This document shows positions 40,468 to 52,548 of a stretch of DNA of 64,000 nt, in pieces. The notes under the pieces were generated by a model. The model had not been told where the DNA came from. It ran no database searches and was given only the letters and a program-made list of their open reading frames with translations. Within the stretch, counting starts at the first letter, position 1, and each line of letters starts with the position of its first letter. Position numbers and translations under genes: made by a program. Source of the stretch: Perkinsus chesapeaki ATCC PRA-425 (taxonomy: Eukaryota; Protista; Perkinsozoa); NCBI GenBank assembly GCA_013115145.1, contig JAAPAO010000033.1:58483-122482 (forward strand), given 5' to 3'.

Positions 40468-42158
40468 ATGTCCTGTATTGCAGCTACGAGTTGCCTATCA
40501 TCGTGCGGTTCTTGTGCATGTCGAGGAGCCTGTAAAATGGCAGTATCAACTGCGGTGGAGGAGCTACCAAAGTGCTGTATGAAAGTTGCTAGTAGTATAG
40601 CTGGTAGGGTAGTAGTTGGTGGGAACTGTGGAGGCGCAGGGTGCTGTAGAGCTATGACACATGGAAAGCACCATAGGCGATTTGCTAGCGGCATTGTGCC
40701 TCCCTCGGCTGGAAAGTATGCTACTATGGACCCAGAGGTGTTTAAGGAACCAGAGTCAAGTGTTGGTAATATAACACGTACAGATGATACTGGCACTGTA
40801 CGGATAGCTGGGGCTGGTAGTATAGGGTCATGGTCATTGGCAACAAGGCTGTCTGATTATGTTAATAGAGGTAGTAGAAGATGTATATCAACCACTACAC
40901 CTGCTTATGATAGAAGGCAATATATGAGTACAGTAGGAGTAGTGGAGGTAGCTAAACCGCAACCATTTGGAGATGATCGACCTTCATGGTATATGAGGGA
41001 GATGCCATCGGATCTTATACCGTTTCGGTCACCCAAGGGCAGGGAGCTCTTGGCAAAATGCCTACAGGGCCCCTGTGCTGAGAGCTATCTTAGTCTATCG
41101 CAGCATTTTGTTGGTCAACAAGCACCTCCTAATTGTGGTCCAGCTACACTTGCAATGGTCCTTAATAGTTTGGAGATTGATCCAGGCAGACGGTGGGCAG
41201 GGCCATGGAGATGGTGGTCAGAGGATATGTTGGTTAGCTGTCAGAAGCATACATACGCCAGTGATAATACTGGTGTGAACTTCCAACAGTTTGCCATGCT
41301 TGCTGAATGCAATGGGGCTAAGGCTAGTACATACTATGGCAGTATAGCGACAACTGAGGAGTTTAGGCAAGTAGTGAAGGATACATTAGAGAAGGGTGCT
41401 GGAGATAGAAGGCTTGTTGTAAGCTATGATAGACAGGTAGTAAGGAAAGATATGCGGTATGGAGACAGTTATTGTGTTATTACTAGGTCATGCATCAGAC
41501 TGGATGTGGACATTACTCTCCAGTCGCGGCGTATGATGAGGATACTGATCTATGTCTAGTTATGGATGTAGCTAGATTTAAGTATCCTCCCCATTGGGTA
41601 CCGTTACCACTACTACATAAAGCAACTACTACTATAGATAATACTACAGGGATGTCCAGAGGGTTTATAGTAGTAGGGAAAGGTGATGGCTCTAAGCATG
41701 ATCATATGGAGCCAGATCCGGCAGCATCACTGACTGCAAGTTGTAAATATTTATCTAGGCCGATCCCTGAGGACCTAAGTGAGTTCTTTCGACGGGATCG
41801 TAGCCATGCTACAGTGGCACGCAAGTTTGGTCATGCAGTAAGGGGTTTAATGGCATCAGATGCTAGGAATACAGTAGCTGCTTTGGAGTCTGTTAGAGAG
41901 GATAACTTATATAGGAGGATATCAGAGAAAGCAGACCAGCACCAGGAGCATACTATACCAGAGATCGGTAGTGCTGCCAGTGTACTATTTAATATACTAC
42001 CACAATGGGGAACAGAACTAGTGACGTTGATGATAGAGACGGAGTATATACCACAGCAAGTGTATGGATGTACACCATTAGTGGTTAGTGTTAGTGAATT
42101 CGATCAAGAGTACTGTGAACAGGGTACAGCCTGTGCCATGGCAACTGCTGCTGCCTAG
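40468..42158 (+). CDS. PCS: Phytochelatin synthase (glutathione gamma-glutamylcysteinyltransferase), 2 exons
   Basis: [63 protein letters not shown]: the Cys-His-Asp triad is intact. One intron at about 41438-41487. Confidence 0.93.
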
Positions 42159-42322
42159 TAACATTAACAACCTCTTCCTTCTTTATCACCCATGCTGTTG
42201 GGTGAAGTGCTGCGGTTGTCGTCTGTGTTGCCTGTAACTGTTACTATTTTATATATAGGCAAAGCCGCTCAGATAAGGTGAATAGCCCTGTTGTGTTATA
42301 GTAGTCACTGGATATAGGGTTT

Positions 42323-43304
42323 ATGATGCTTAAAACTGGCCAGAGGTCTCTTTATTATGTACAGAGACGTCTATTGTCCACTGCAGTAGGTGGATATAAG
42401 GCCATACTGCGGCCATGGAAGGGGAGGGAGCTAAATCAGAAGGCTCTGGATGAAGTGCTTTCCTTAGTACAGCTGCTGCTTATAGATGCACCATTTATGT
42501 AGGTAATGATGGTTAATAGCATCTGGCCAAAGGAGTTCCCATTCCCTGAAGAGTGCTTTGATAAGCTTGATACTTCGCCAGATGGGGAGTTCTATGATAT
42601 ACCAAAGCTTGATATGCATATTAGTAAGGAGACTGCTGAATGTGTTAAGGGAGAGTAGTGCAAAATAAGGGGATTGCTGCTGGTCATAGTATGGACTGTA
42701 TTAGGTATAATAGGATACTGCCTAAGGAAGCACAGGCACACTTAGAGCTAGGGGCTGGGGTATTAAGTTACTTCCCAGATAGTTATAAACCTGTTAAAGT
42801 TACTGGATATGGAATGAATATGGAGGAGGTGAACCTTAATAAGGTAGTACTGAGCAGCTATTCGTTGGTGATATAGGGCTTAGGCATTGACGGAACGTAA
42901 GGTAAAGGATCTCAATATAAGCCCTATATTAGAGGAGGAATCCGATAGCTATGATTGTGTTACATTAGCCTTTAGTGTACAATATCTTACTAAACCACAT
43001 CTAGTATTGGCTGAAGCCTATCGTATACTCAACTCTGGTGGGCTACTACTTATCAGTTTTACAGATAGATGCTTTGAGACTAAGGTAGTAATAGTAGAGT
43101 AATGATAGTAATAATATATACTAGGTAACGGATTTATGGTATAGATCAACAATGTTACAAAGGTCTATGCTGTGCCGGGGGTACATGCATTATGGAGGCA
43201 GCAGCAGCAGCAGCAGCAGCAGCAGCTGGGGTACTGTAGGGGCTAGTGCTCTGCAGCTTGATGGGGATGAGCCTCTTGTTGTCATGTGGGCTCGGAAGCC
43301 TTAG
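42323..43304 (+). CDS. Class I SAM-dependent methyltransferase (Methyltransf_11-like) with mitochondrial-type presequence
   Basis: FDKLDTSPDGEFYDIPKLDMHI, LELGAGVLSYFP, GYGMNMEE, DLN, YDCVTLAFSVQYLTKP..VLAEAYRIL..GG...ISFTDRCFETK. N-terminus MMLKTGQRSLYYVQRRLLSTA. Confidence 0.8.
43199..43225 (+). repeat. (CAG)9 microsatellite encoding a poly-Ser insert in the methyltransferase
   Basis: Nine CAG units counted directly; read as AGC codons in the coding frame. Confidence 0.85.
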
Positions 43305-43367
43305 TTTCTGTATTGATTGAGTTGAGTATGGTTAACCTATAGAGGATGATAGAGGTGTCAGGGCATA

Positions 43368-46300
43368 ATGCCTCCACGTCGTAGGCAGCCACCTAGGAGA
43401 GCAGCTAGGCGTGCTGCTAGCAACTCACCAGAGCCACCACCTACAGTAGCAGCAGCAGTAGAGGAGGACGAAGAGGAACAGCTGGGAACATCACCACCTC
43501 ATTCCTCACCATCAACGGCAACATCTGGTGCAAGGCAACGGAAAGGACGAAGAGTAAGGATAGAAGTGGATGAGGCAGCTACTCAAGGGCTAACAGGGAA
43601 CATAGACGAACCGCACCCTGTAGGATATTGGATAGGGAGTAGGGTAATGGTGGACTTTAGGATGATGATGGTGATATGACACCTATACAAGCTGCAAAGG
43701 CGATACTGAGTGAACTAGACAAGTGCTTGGGGGAGTCGGGCACACTGACTAATGTTAAAAGACTGTAGTGATGGGGGGGTGGGGGATGGTAGGAGTGAGC
43801 AGGTATAAATTGAGGCATCATTTGAAGAATCTACATTGGCATTTAGCTGAGGACCATGGTGTCAACGAAGAGGTACGAAAGGGGGTGGTGAAAGGGGAAC
43901 AGCAGGAGTACTATAGGGCAATGAGGAGGGGCAAGAGGAGGCAAGGATAGTGAGCCAACTGTACAAGAAATTAGAGAGATGTATCTGTAAAAGGATATTC
44001 CATAGAAATGATAATGGTAGTATATTATGTATTATAGTGCAATAGTAGATGTATTAGGTATAGCCTTCATCGCTTGTGTACTGACTATGCACCCTTCCTT
44101 TATTGTCGATGCATTTGCTGCTATTAAATACTTTATGCCAACTGTATCTCTATCAGTATTACAGGGGTTGTCTAAGGTATGTAAGGCATGTACTAAGTGA
44201 AGGGGTATGGGTGCTGCTGCTGGTGGTTGTAGGCATTGTATAGGGGATGGAAGGAGTCATCCGGGGCTATGAAAAGGCATATGGAACAAGCTATACAGGC
44301 ATGGATGGATTATTCACTTAAAGTTGATCCAGTACTAGCACGGAGAGTAGTACTACCTATTAGTAGAGAGCTTGCAGCTATCGATAAAGATACGTATTTT
44401 ACTAAGTGAATTCCATCGAAAAGACAGACGGCCACCTGAGCTTGAGAACCTCCTGGTTGAGCTATATCAACCTATACTGTGGAAGCAGCTAACCGTAACT
44501 AATTGGAAGGTAATTTGCTGCTTGTAGGGCTTGCACTTGTCTATAGTGTTGTTGTTGATAGATCCGCCTAAATGCTGTAGCTACTTTGGGAGATGCATTC
44601 CCTATATGTAATTCGACAACTAATGCTGGTATGGAGAGGACAATGGATATACAAGTGAGGGCATTGGTTAGTGCTATGACTGATAAACATGATCAAGTAA
44701 TAGTTATAAGACAATAGACCGGAAGTGGTAGCAGTTGTTGTGATAGGTACGTAGGATAGCTGTTAATAAAGTATGCGAGTCATTGGCTATACAGTGGAGC
44801 CTTATATCAACAGACCATCGATCAGTGCTGTTATATAATGTTATTAATAAGTGTGCTAAAGACAAGAGGAGTGCAGCAGTACGGATGGCTGTAGTACAGG
44901 GAATGAGGAGGATAATAAGTGATTGTGCAATGTCCCATCAAGTAGTAGTAGTAAGAGGGAAGTCCAGAGGTGTGCTTCACTATTGATGGTAGATAATGGG
45001 AAGTGTATTGCCTAAGATAGGGGAAATGATATATGATCCATCACCACAGGTTAGGCTAGAGTAATACTGGCTCTGAAGTAGATGGCTCCTATAATAGGGT
45101 GGTGGTGGTATAGGTACTGTAAGCTGGTAGAGCAAGTACAGGGCATGGAAGGTATTAATATATCGGATATGACACAAGGCCATCAGACATTACTACAGAG
45201 ATTGGTTATTGAACATGCATATGGTATGAGGAAGAAGGAAAAGTTTACACAACAGTAGGAGGGCAGTAGAAGCAGGGGAGGGGATGGTAGTGTTATTAGG
45301 GATGTAAAGCAAGCAACACAGGATAAGGATGTTTATGTGCAGATAGCTTGCAGTTTAGGATCTATATTAGGAAATAACATCTTTAAGAATATGGATGCTA
45401 AGGTAGTAGACTCTTGTTTGGTATTTATTAGCTTATTATAGTAGGCATTGAGGAATCTAGCTAAGATGAATGTAAATGTGTTTATAGCATTAATGGCTAA
45501 CTGTAGGGAGGCGGAGGGCGCCACACCAATTGCTAGGATAACATTTGCAGCAGCCCTATTTAGATGTAGTAATATTATTACTGGCTAAAGTACTTTATAC
45601 GGTTAGTTGGTATGGATATAATATCGAAGGAGGATGAGCGTCATGAATCTATAAGAGAGGCAGCTGGAGAGGATCCCGCTGTTATGTTTAAGCTTAATCA
45701 TGCTAGGGTGATAGGGGATGGTACACTGTATGGTCAAGTGTCTAGGATTCAGGTCATGTTGAGAGGTGTAGCTGAGCTGCTACGTGCGGAGGATGTTCAA
45801 AAGATCCTACATTTTAATAATACAGTTAAGAAGGCAAGGGCAAAGAAGAGGCCAAGAGGGAGACAGTAGGGGGTGGAAAGTAGATGAGGGTAGGTATGCT
45901 GTATGTAGGGAGATTGATGGTGAAGATGATGCTGATAGTATAGCAAGACAGAGGGATGATTTCTATCAGAACTATTTAACTGACTATAATATGACTAAGC
46001 TCTTGGATCCTAGTAGAGGATGCTTTATAGAAGCCGTTGAGGTAATATTGCTATGACTTAATCTGCTAAATGCTGGCGAGGAAAGAAGAAGCGCCTTGGG
46101 GAATATCACATGATTTGCAGTCTCTCATTGAGGACGGATATTCTACAACTGCTGCTGCTGCTGCATGACTCCCTTATCCTTGTGCCTTCCTAGGGGTATC
46201 TTGTTCTTTGCACAGCTACTGGAGATTAATAATAGCCATCCCTCAATACGTGTTGGCTTAGGGACCGGTCTATTTAGATACTACGTGTACTTAGTCCAGA

Positions 46301-48091
46301 TGCATATAAGCATGTTAAAGATAAGGTTATACGTTTTGGCAAGTCATCATCTAGCAATAGGAGCAGCAGTAGTCGGGAAAGTGAGGTGAATCATGGTGGT
46401 CATGAAGAGGATGAAGACTTTTATGTAACTTTTCATCATTACATCTTCGTTTAGCTTTTGTATTTTTAGTATGGCATGTTAAGGTTGGCCTCCGCATGGA
46501 ATGTATCCAAGGATGCTATAGCCAATCTAGCTAAACGTATATCAGCATGCTCGGCAGTATTGAATGGCAGTAAGAGTATGGATTGATGTGAAGTGACAAA
46601 TTGTGGTCAGGGGAGGACATGAGACAGGAAGGAGATATCATAACTAGCAGCCTAAAGGCACTGAATGGTCCTCTGAAAGCTGTACTAGAGCTGCGGCTTC
46701 AACCTAAGGATCTTATGCCTCTGAAGGATCCTGTTATTGAGCTTGTGGAAGCATTGGTAAGTTTGCCCTTTATTAAGTTATATAGGACATTCCCTCATTA
46801 TCAGCTTGATCATCTTCCATTCGGTCTCCCTGTAGAGTCCCACAATGAGATATGCTCAGCGTTCTCTCTAGGACTGTACATCTTTATTAGCACTGCATTA
46901 CAAGGGAAGACCACCCCCTCCACGGCACAGGTTGGCAGTACAGCACCAGGTTTACAGTACTTATCTGCACCTTAGTCGGAGGACCTTCTTCTTGATGTAT
47001 TCACTGAGATTGGTGATCGCTTCCGCAGTATGAAGCCAGCAATCAGGCGAGGAGGGAGAGCTCAAGATGTGGCTGATGCAGCACCACTTGTACATGAGAT
47101 GGGACATGTCAGCTCCATCATCTCCACTTCATGTGATAAGTCTGGTATTCAGAGATATCTTCGTCATTTGGTAACTACAGTGTATCTTGGTGGCCTGTCT
47201 ACTGGTACAGCAGAGGCTAGATTATATGATATCCAGAGGACCTTATGGGAATGGGTCATCGCCAGTGGTTGGAATGCTAAGGTGCAGCAGCAGCAGCCTG
47301 CTACGGTATAGTAAGGAACTGAGTGCATGTGTGTGGTTAGATACCAGTATGGAAGACCGTTGCTGATTTACTGCATCAAATGGGCTTCACTGCCGACATG
47401 TCTACAATGCTCGTTATTAATTCGCTGCAGCTCAATTTAGAACAGTTAGGCTGATATCCTGTGCCGTACTACCATTTACCTTATCTTAGTGTATCAACTC
47501 TACACCCTAAGGAGGATGAGGAGCTCTATATTGATAAGATGGCTAAGGTGGCGGCAACTAAATATGGTTATGATGCCCAGTTCAAGGAGTAGGGAAGACA
47601 CTAAAAGGATGTATTTACAGACTATTGTGTAGGTTCCTGCGGAAGAGAGTAAGCTGTGATGACGAGGACAATGGAAACGCCTGCCACGAGAGGGTATGGG
47701 AAGCTTTCAAGTAAGTTGCGTACTGCTGCTGTCCTTTGCTGATGCAATCCCAGACGTGTTGCTCTTGGGCCACCAGTCAATAGGAGCCTTGCGCAACTGC
47801 TTAATATAGAAGTTGATGACATTAAAGCTGAGGACAATAAGGAAAACGATTCCCGTCAGGTGAGTGCTGCCCGCCTGGCTTGTAATGTAGTACGTTCTCC
47901 TTCAGGTGTCAGTTAATTCAGTAGATGATGGTTCCATCACTCCTACCAAGGAGCATGGTGGCTCCTCATGCTCGAATGCCGTCCCAGAAGAGTGTATACA
48001 GTCCGGAGCACCCACTCCTGTGCACGGTGATAATGATGGTGAAAGCTTTGTTAGTGCTGATGATGATGATGAGGCTATGGGCTTAGATTAA
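43368..48091 (+). CDS. NCAPG2: Condensin II HEAT subunit CAP-G2, multi-exon
   Basis: LYQPILWKQL...IRLNAVATLGDAFPI...Q...L.D....VR..AV..VC..L...W, DKRSAAVR..V..G...I....SH, P.IGEMIYDPSPQVR follow the CAP-G2 conserved region. Confidence 0.8.
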
Positions 48092-48649
48092 TGTTCTATT
48101 AGTGCCCAGTATGCATGCGTTTCAATATCATATTGTATCTAGTTCTCGCTGTTATGTCCAATTCTATTTACAGTTTCTTAGTATGAGGGATACAACAACG
48201 AGGAGTCCCCAAAGAAGAAGGTGGCGGAATCGCTCCGGTGCGGTGCTGCTGTTGGTTTTGGGGGCGCTGGCACTTACAATGGTCTCTGGGAAGTATTTAT
48301 TTAGTAGCTTATCTGTGCTCACCACAACCAAGGTATACCAGTAGATAGTTAACATTACCACTGTCTTCTTGTAGGTTATTAATAAAACAGGTGGAAGGGA
48401 ACAAGAATTAGAGCTGGCCTCGACCACAGGGGGCTGGCAAGTTCTTTTGCATAACGATCAGTTCCATACATTTGACCAGGTAACAATATCAGTTTGAATT
48501 CTTCCTTAGGAGGCTCCGAATAGGCCATATACCCTCAATTTGAGCCCGCCTTGCTTCAGGTTGCCGATATTGTCCATGACATGCTAGGACAGGTATCCCG
48601 ACAAGATGCCTTCTCAGCGGCACTAAAGGTAGGTAGCAGTATAACATAG

Positions 48650-51600
48650 GCAGTGCTTCTGATAGTAAAAGTCCATCAGGCACACCGGTACGGTGAAAGC
48701 ACTCTCATAACAGCGCCACAGAGATCGGTGGCTGAGAGATGGGTTAAGATGCTAACTGATAGTAAAATAACAGCGACAGCGAGACCACTCTTCCCAGACG
48801 GCAGATAACTACGTTTCCTACTACTAATGAAGGCTATGTTATTTATCAAGGTTTAATAATTAATAGTTTTTATACCACAGCATATATGGATGTCCTACTC
48901 CGAACTGTTGATGCCAGGGTGTCAGTAATAGACACCCAACTTGCATTAAGAGATGCCCTCGATGTGCTAGACCGTAATGGCACCAACAGCCCAGAGGTAG
49001 GGTATTATCCCAAGGTCTTTTAACCTCACTTTTTTCAGAGCTATAAGGTGTTTGGCAAGCTATTCGAGACCTGTCGTAATGGAGGTCCTGACCTAGTAAC
49101 AGCTATCCTAGCTGATACGGATGTTATGGGCTCCATGCTACGGAATGTTGTTCCTAGGCTGCAAGATATAGAGGATTCAGAGGCTCTACAGGTACCTCCT
49201 CTCCTCCTTAGTGTTATACCACTGTCTGGTTGCCTTTAGGACTGTCTATCGTTCCTTGGGCTGCTTGTTGCTGAAGTCCCTGCTAGTGATGACGATGATG
49301 ATAAGCGGAATATAGGAGAAAAGTTGAGGAATAGATGTGCGGAGAAGATGCTTGAGCTTTCCAAGGATGGCTCCGAAATAGTCCGTCTTATCACCAAACA
49401 GGATTCTGATATGTAGCACCTCACCACCTTCTTGTTGTAACATACTGCTCAGGTATCTTCTTTACGAGGAGCTCCGTTTTATTCAAAGTCTTCATAAGAG
49501 ATTCCCTCGCATTATAACTAGTGCTGTTTTAGAAGCCCCTGAGGTACGGGCATGTTCTACTCGAGCACTCTTCATCACCTTTTTAGGTTGTAGCATCCTT
49601 GGTTGATCTATTGAAAACCTGCCCAGCTGCTTTTGTCCGGAATGAATGTCTATCACTCGTCCATAACATGGTCTTTGGAGCAGCAGATGAGGCTGCTGGT
49701 CGAGGCGATACCACAACAACAGCAGTAGCAGCGGCGGAGCAGATGCAGATATTCCCGATGCTCGCCTTCCAAGGTTAGTGTGGTATATCCCTTCCGCGGT
49801 CATTTCTATATTAGGAGTTATCGAGGCTCTCTTCGGTATAGTACTTGAGGAGCCTGTGGTATCTGCTGGCGATGTGCCTGTTGTGGCACTAGAGACCAAC
49901 TTACGATTGCTCGGCCATGAGAAGACCAGGCGCTTCTGGCGCACTGGAGGGAGAGAGAGCGCTGAGTGGGCTGTAGAAGTGTTCCGGTAAGAAGGCATCC
50001 GAAGGGTAATGTGCTACTTGAAGTTATCAGGCATGCCCTCTATCCTAACCATCATCAACGGCAGTCAGCTGACTCGTCATTGTTTACAGAGGAGGATAAG
50101 GAGGAGGAAGGGGAGGAGGAGGAGCTGAAGGGAATACCCGACGTGGCTACCTTTAATACAGTAACTAGACCGTGCCGATATTGCGGAACTGCTTCGCTAG
50201 GTTTGGCCAACACTGAAACTGTCAATGGAGATACTGGTGACCTATTGGGGCAGTACTGCCAAGGGACGAACTGCTCAGACTGCTGCTGCTGAGAAGAGCG
50301 AAGAGAAAGCTTACTGTGTAGACCTCGGCCTAGTCGACACTATAACAGATCAAATCGATAAGTAGGAATACCGCCGTAGCCGAACGTGTTGGGAGTGTTT
50401 GCTCAGTTTTCATTTATCGGATGAATGCCGTCGTGAGTTCCTATCTATCGTACTCTCATTACTTCAATCCTGTGGTGCCATTACAGTAGAGAAGCTTACA
50501 TCTGGAAGTCAGCCACCACCGCCGCCTGGGGTCTTCAGTAAATTGGTATCTTGCATTCAGGCTATCCTTCACTATGGAAGATATGCAGTTTAATGCTGCA
50601 GTCCCCTCCACAATCCCTCTCCTTCAGATGCTCATTATCTAGCTTTATTGAGAAGGTAACACTGCCGTCCACAATGGATCATTCCTCTTCCAGGCCACCG
50701 ATCTGCCACCATCGATATCCACCGTATTGCAGAACTCACTCTGCGTTAGCTTCAGTGCCAGAGCCACTGCCGGCCATCTCAGGCAAGATGATGGAAGTGA
50801 CGATGATTTTGAAGCAGGAGTGTCACCTACTCCTGGTGCCTGGGTTGTATCCCATTTACGAGGGCTCTCCCAGGATAATGATGATCTCTTGTCGCGGTCC
50901 GCTATGCATACTAACGCTTGGTTCTCACTACAGTTGGTTATGAACTGTGTGAAGGGGAAGAATACACAGTCTCAGAAAATGATGGTATGCAGCCGTCTAT
51001 CCGCCACTTGAGCATTATACCTCTTCTCCTTCAGGCCGCCTCCGCTCTTATGCCAAGCTTGACTGGTGGTTATGAATCCTTACTAACATTTATCGATAAG
51101 GTATTCCTCAGCCTTGCCAATAGCCTTATAGAGACTGTTCACGGTGATGAGAATGAGGCCCCTAGCATTGATGATACCTCTGTATGGTCTAAGGATCCAG
51201 CTACTCTGCCTACAACTGTCATAGCGGTGCTGCAGACCTTACTAGTATTTCGAATAGATGGGGGTATAGATGATGCCATTAGCACTGAGCCTATTTATAT
51301 TAAAGTACTTGAAGGTTTATTCAGATACGATGGGCTAGGCAAGGTAGCTTAATCACATATAACAGAGATCCCTACCTCGACCGTCTTCAGATGGATATCA
51401 ATGGTTTAGCCTCCCTTCTGCTTGGTAGCTGTCTAAAGGTCTCCTGTGCCAATAGCGATCTTGCTACGTCTATCATAGAGTCAGATATTGGCATAATACC
51501 TTTGTACCAGGCAGGCGCCACTCTATTGGATACTGTGCCCAGCCCACCTTTAGGCACTATAGCCAAACGCCCAACTTGGTCAGTTAAATGGTATTAGTGG

Positions 51601-52409
51601 AAGTTTTATACCAGCATCAGGTATCCTTCATTCTTCATCGGTATGGCTAGAAGAGCTCATCAGTCTGCGCAGAGGTCCCTTGTTGAACAGACACTCAGGA
51701 TACGGAGTTCTACAAAGGGAAATGATGAGATAACAAAACTGCGTAGTTTGCTTGAAGTCCAGCAAAAAGAGGTTGCCAAGTCAAAACAAGAGGCTCGGGA
51801 TACTGTTAAAGTGAGTCCTATTTATTAACAGCTGTGTTCCTTATTGCGCTCCCTTTCTTCAGGTACTGGCTGATATGTCTGAGCAATTGTCTGAGTTAAG
51901 GGACACTGACACCGCTACGCTGGTTAAGCGTATCGAATCCCTTCAAAAGGCTAATACTGCGCTTACAGGGGAGGTTGATGCCTTGAAAAAGGATAATGAG
52001 AACTTATCCAAATCACTTGTTGCGGAGCGAGCAGCTGCATCGCGGCTGATGGCTGAATCTTCCTATCAGATGAAGGCTCTTGCTGGGTAAGCTTCTTCTT
52101 ACATTCTAGGTCATCACTATCTGTAGGTGTTATCGTGACGAGAATCTTCGAGTACAAAAACTGATGGCACAGCAACGAAAACCAGCCAACGATGATGCCG
52201 GTGATGACAGCAAGCCCGAGATGGACGGGTCCTCTGATCGAGAGGACTTGGTGAATCTGATAGCAGCGTTGAAGAGATTGTGCCCCTCTGTCCTAGACAT
52301 ACTTGCTGCTCCTATTGACGAGCCTATATCCAATGGGCTGCCACCTGGCTCAGGCACTATTAGTGTTATGAATGATGATAGCAGCGATACTCCAGTTGAT
52401 GAACATTAA
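48650..52409 (+). CDS. USO1/p115-like vesicle tethering factor (armadillo head, coiled coil, acidic tail); start uncertain
   Basis: QMQIFPMLAFQG, DINGLASLLLGSCL, IIESDIGI, a long heptad region, then DREDLVNLIAAL and an acidic end resemble p115 head and tail motifs. Confidence 0.55.
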
Positions 52410-52548
52410 CATACTTACTACTGTTAAGATACCTTGCTACCATTGCTGACGAAATGACCATTGTTTCTCGTTCATTGCATTATTCGCGTACTCGAGTTGG
52501 GTATTTCCATTCAATACGCTAAGTTCGGGTATCGCCCATTATGTGGCT

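Noticed and set aside
48186-48650. Short ORF MRDTTTRSPQRRRWRNRSGAVLLLVLGALALTMVSG with a hydrophobic stretch
   Set aside because: I could not splice it unambiguously into its own gene or into the p115-like gene; left unannotated.
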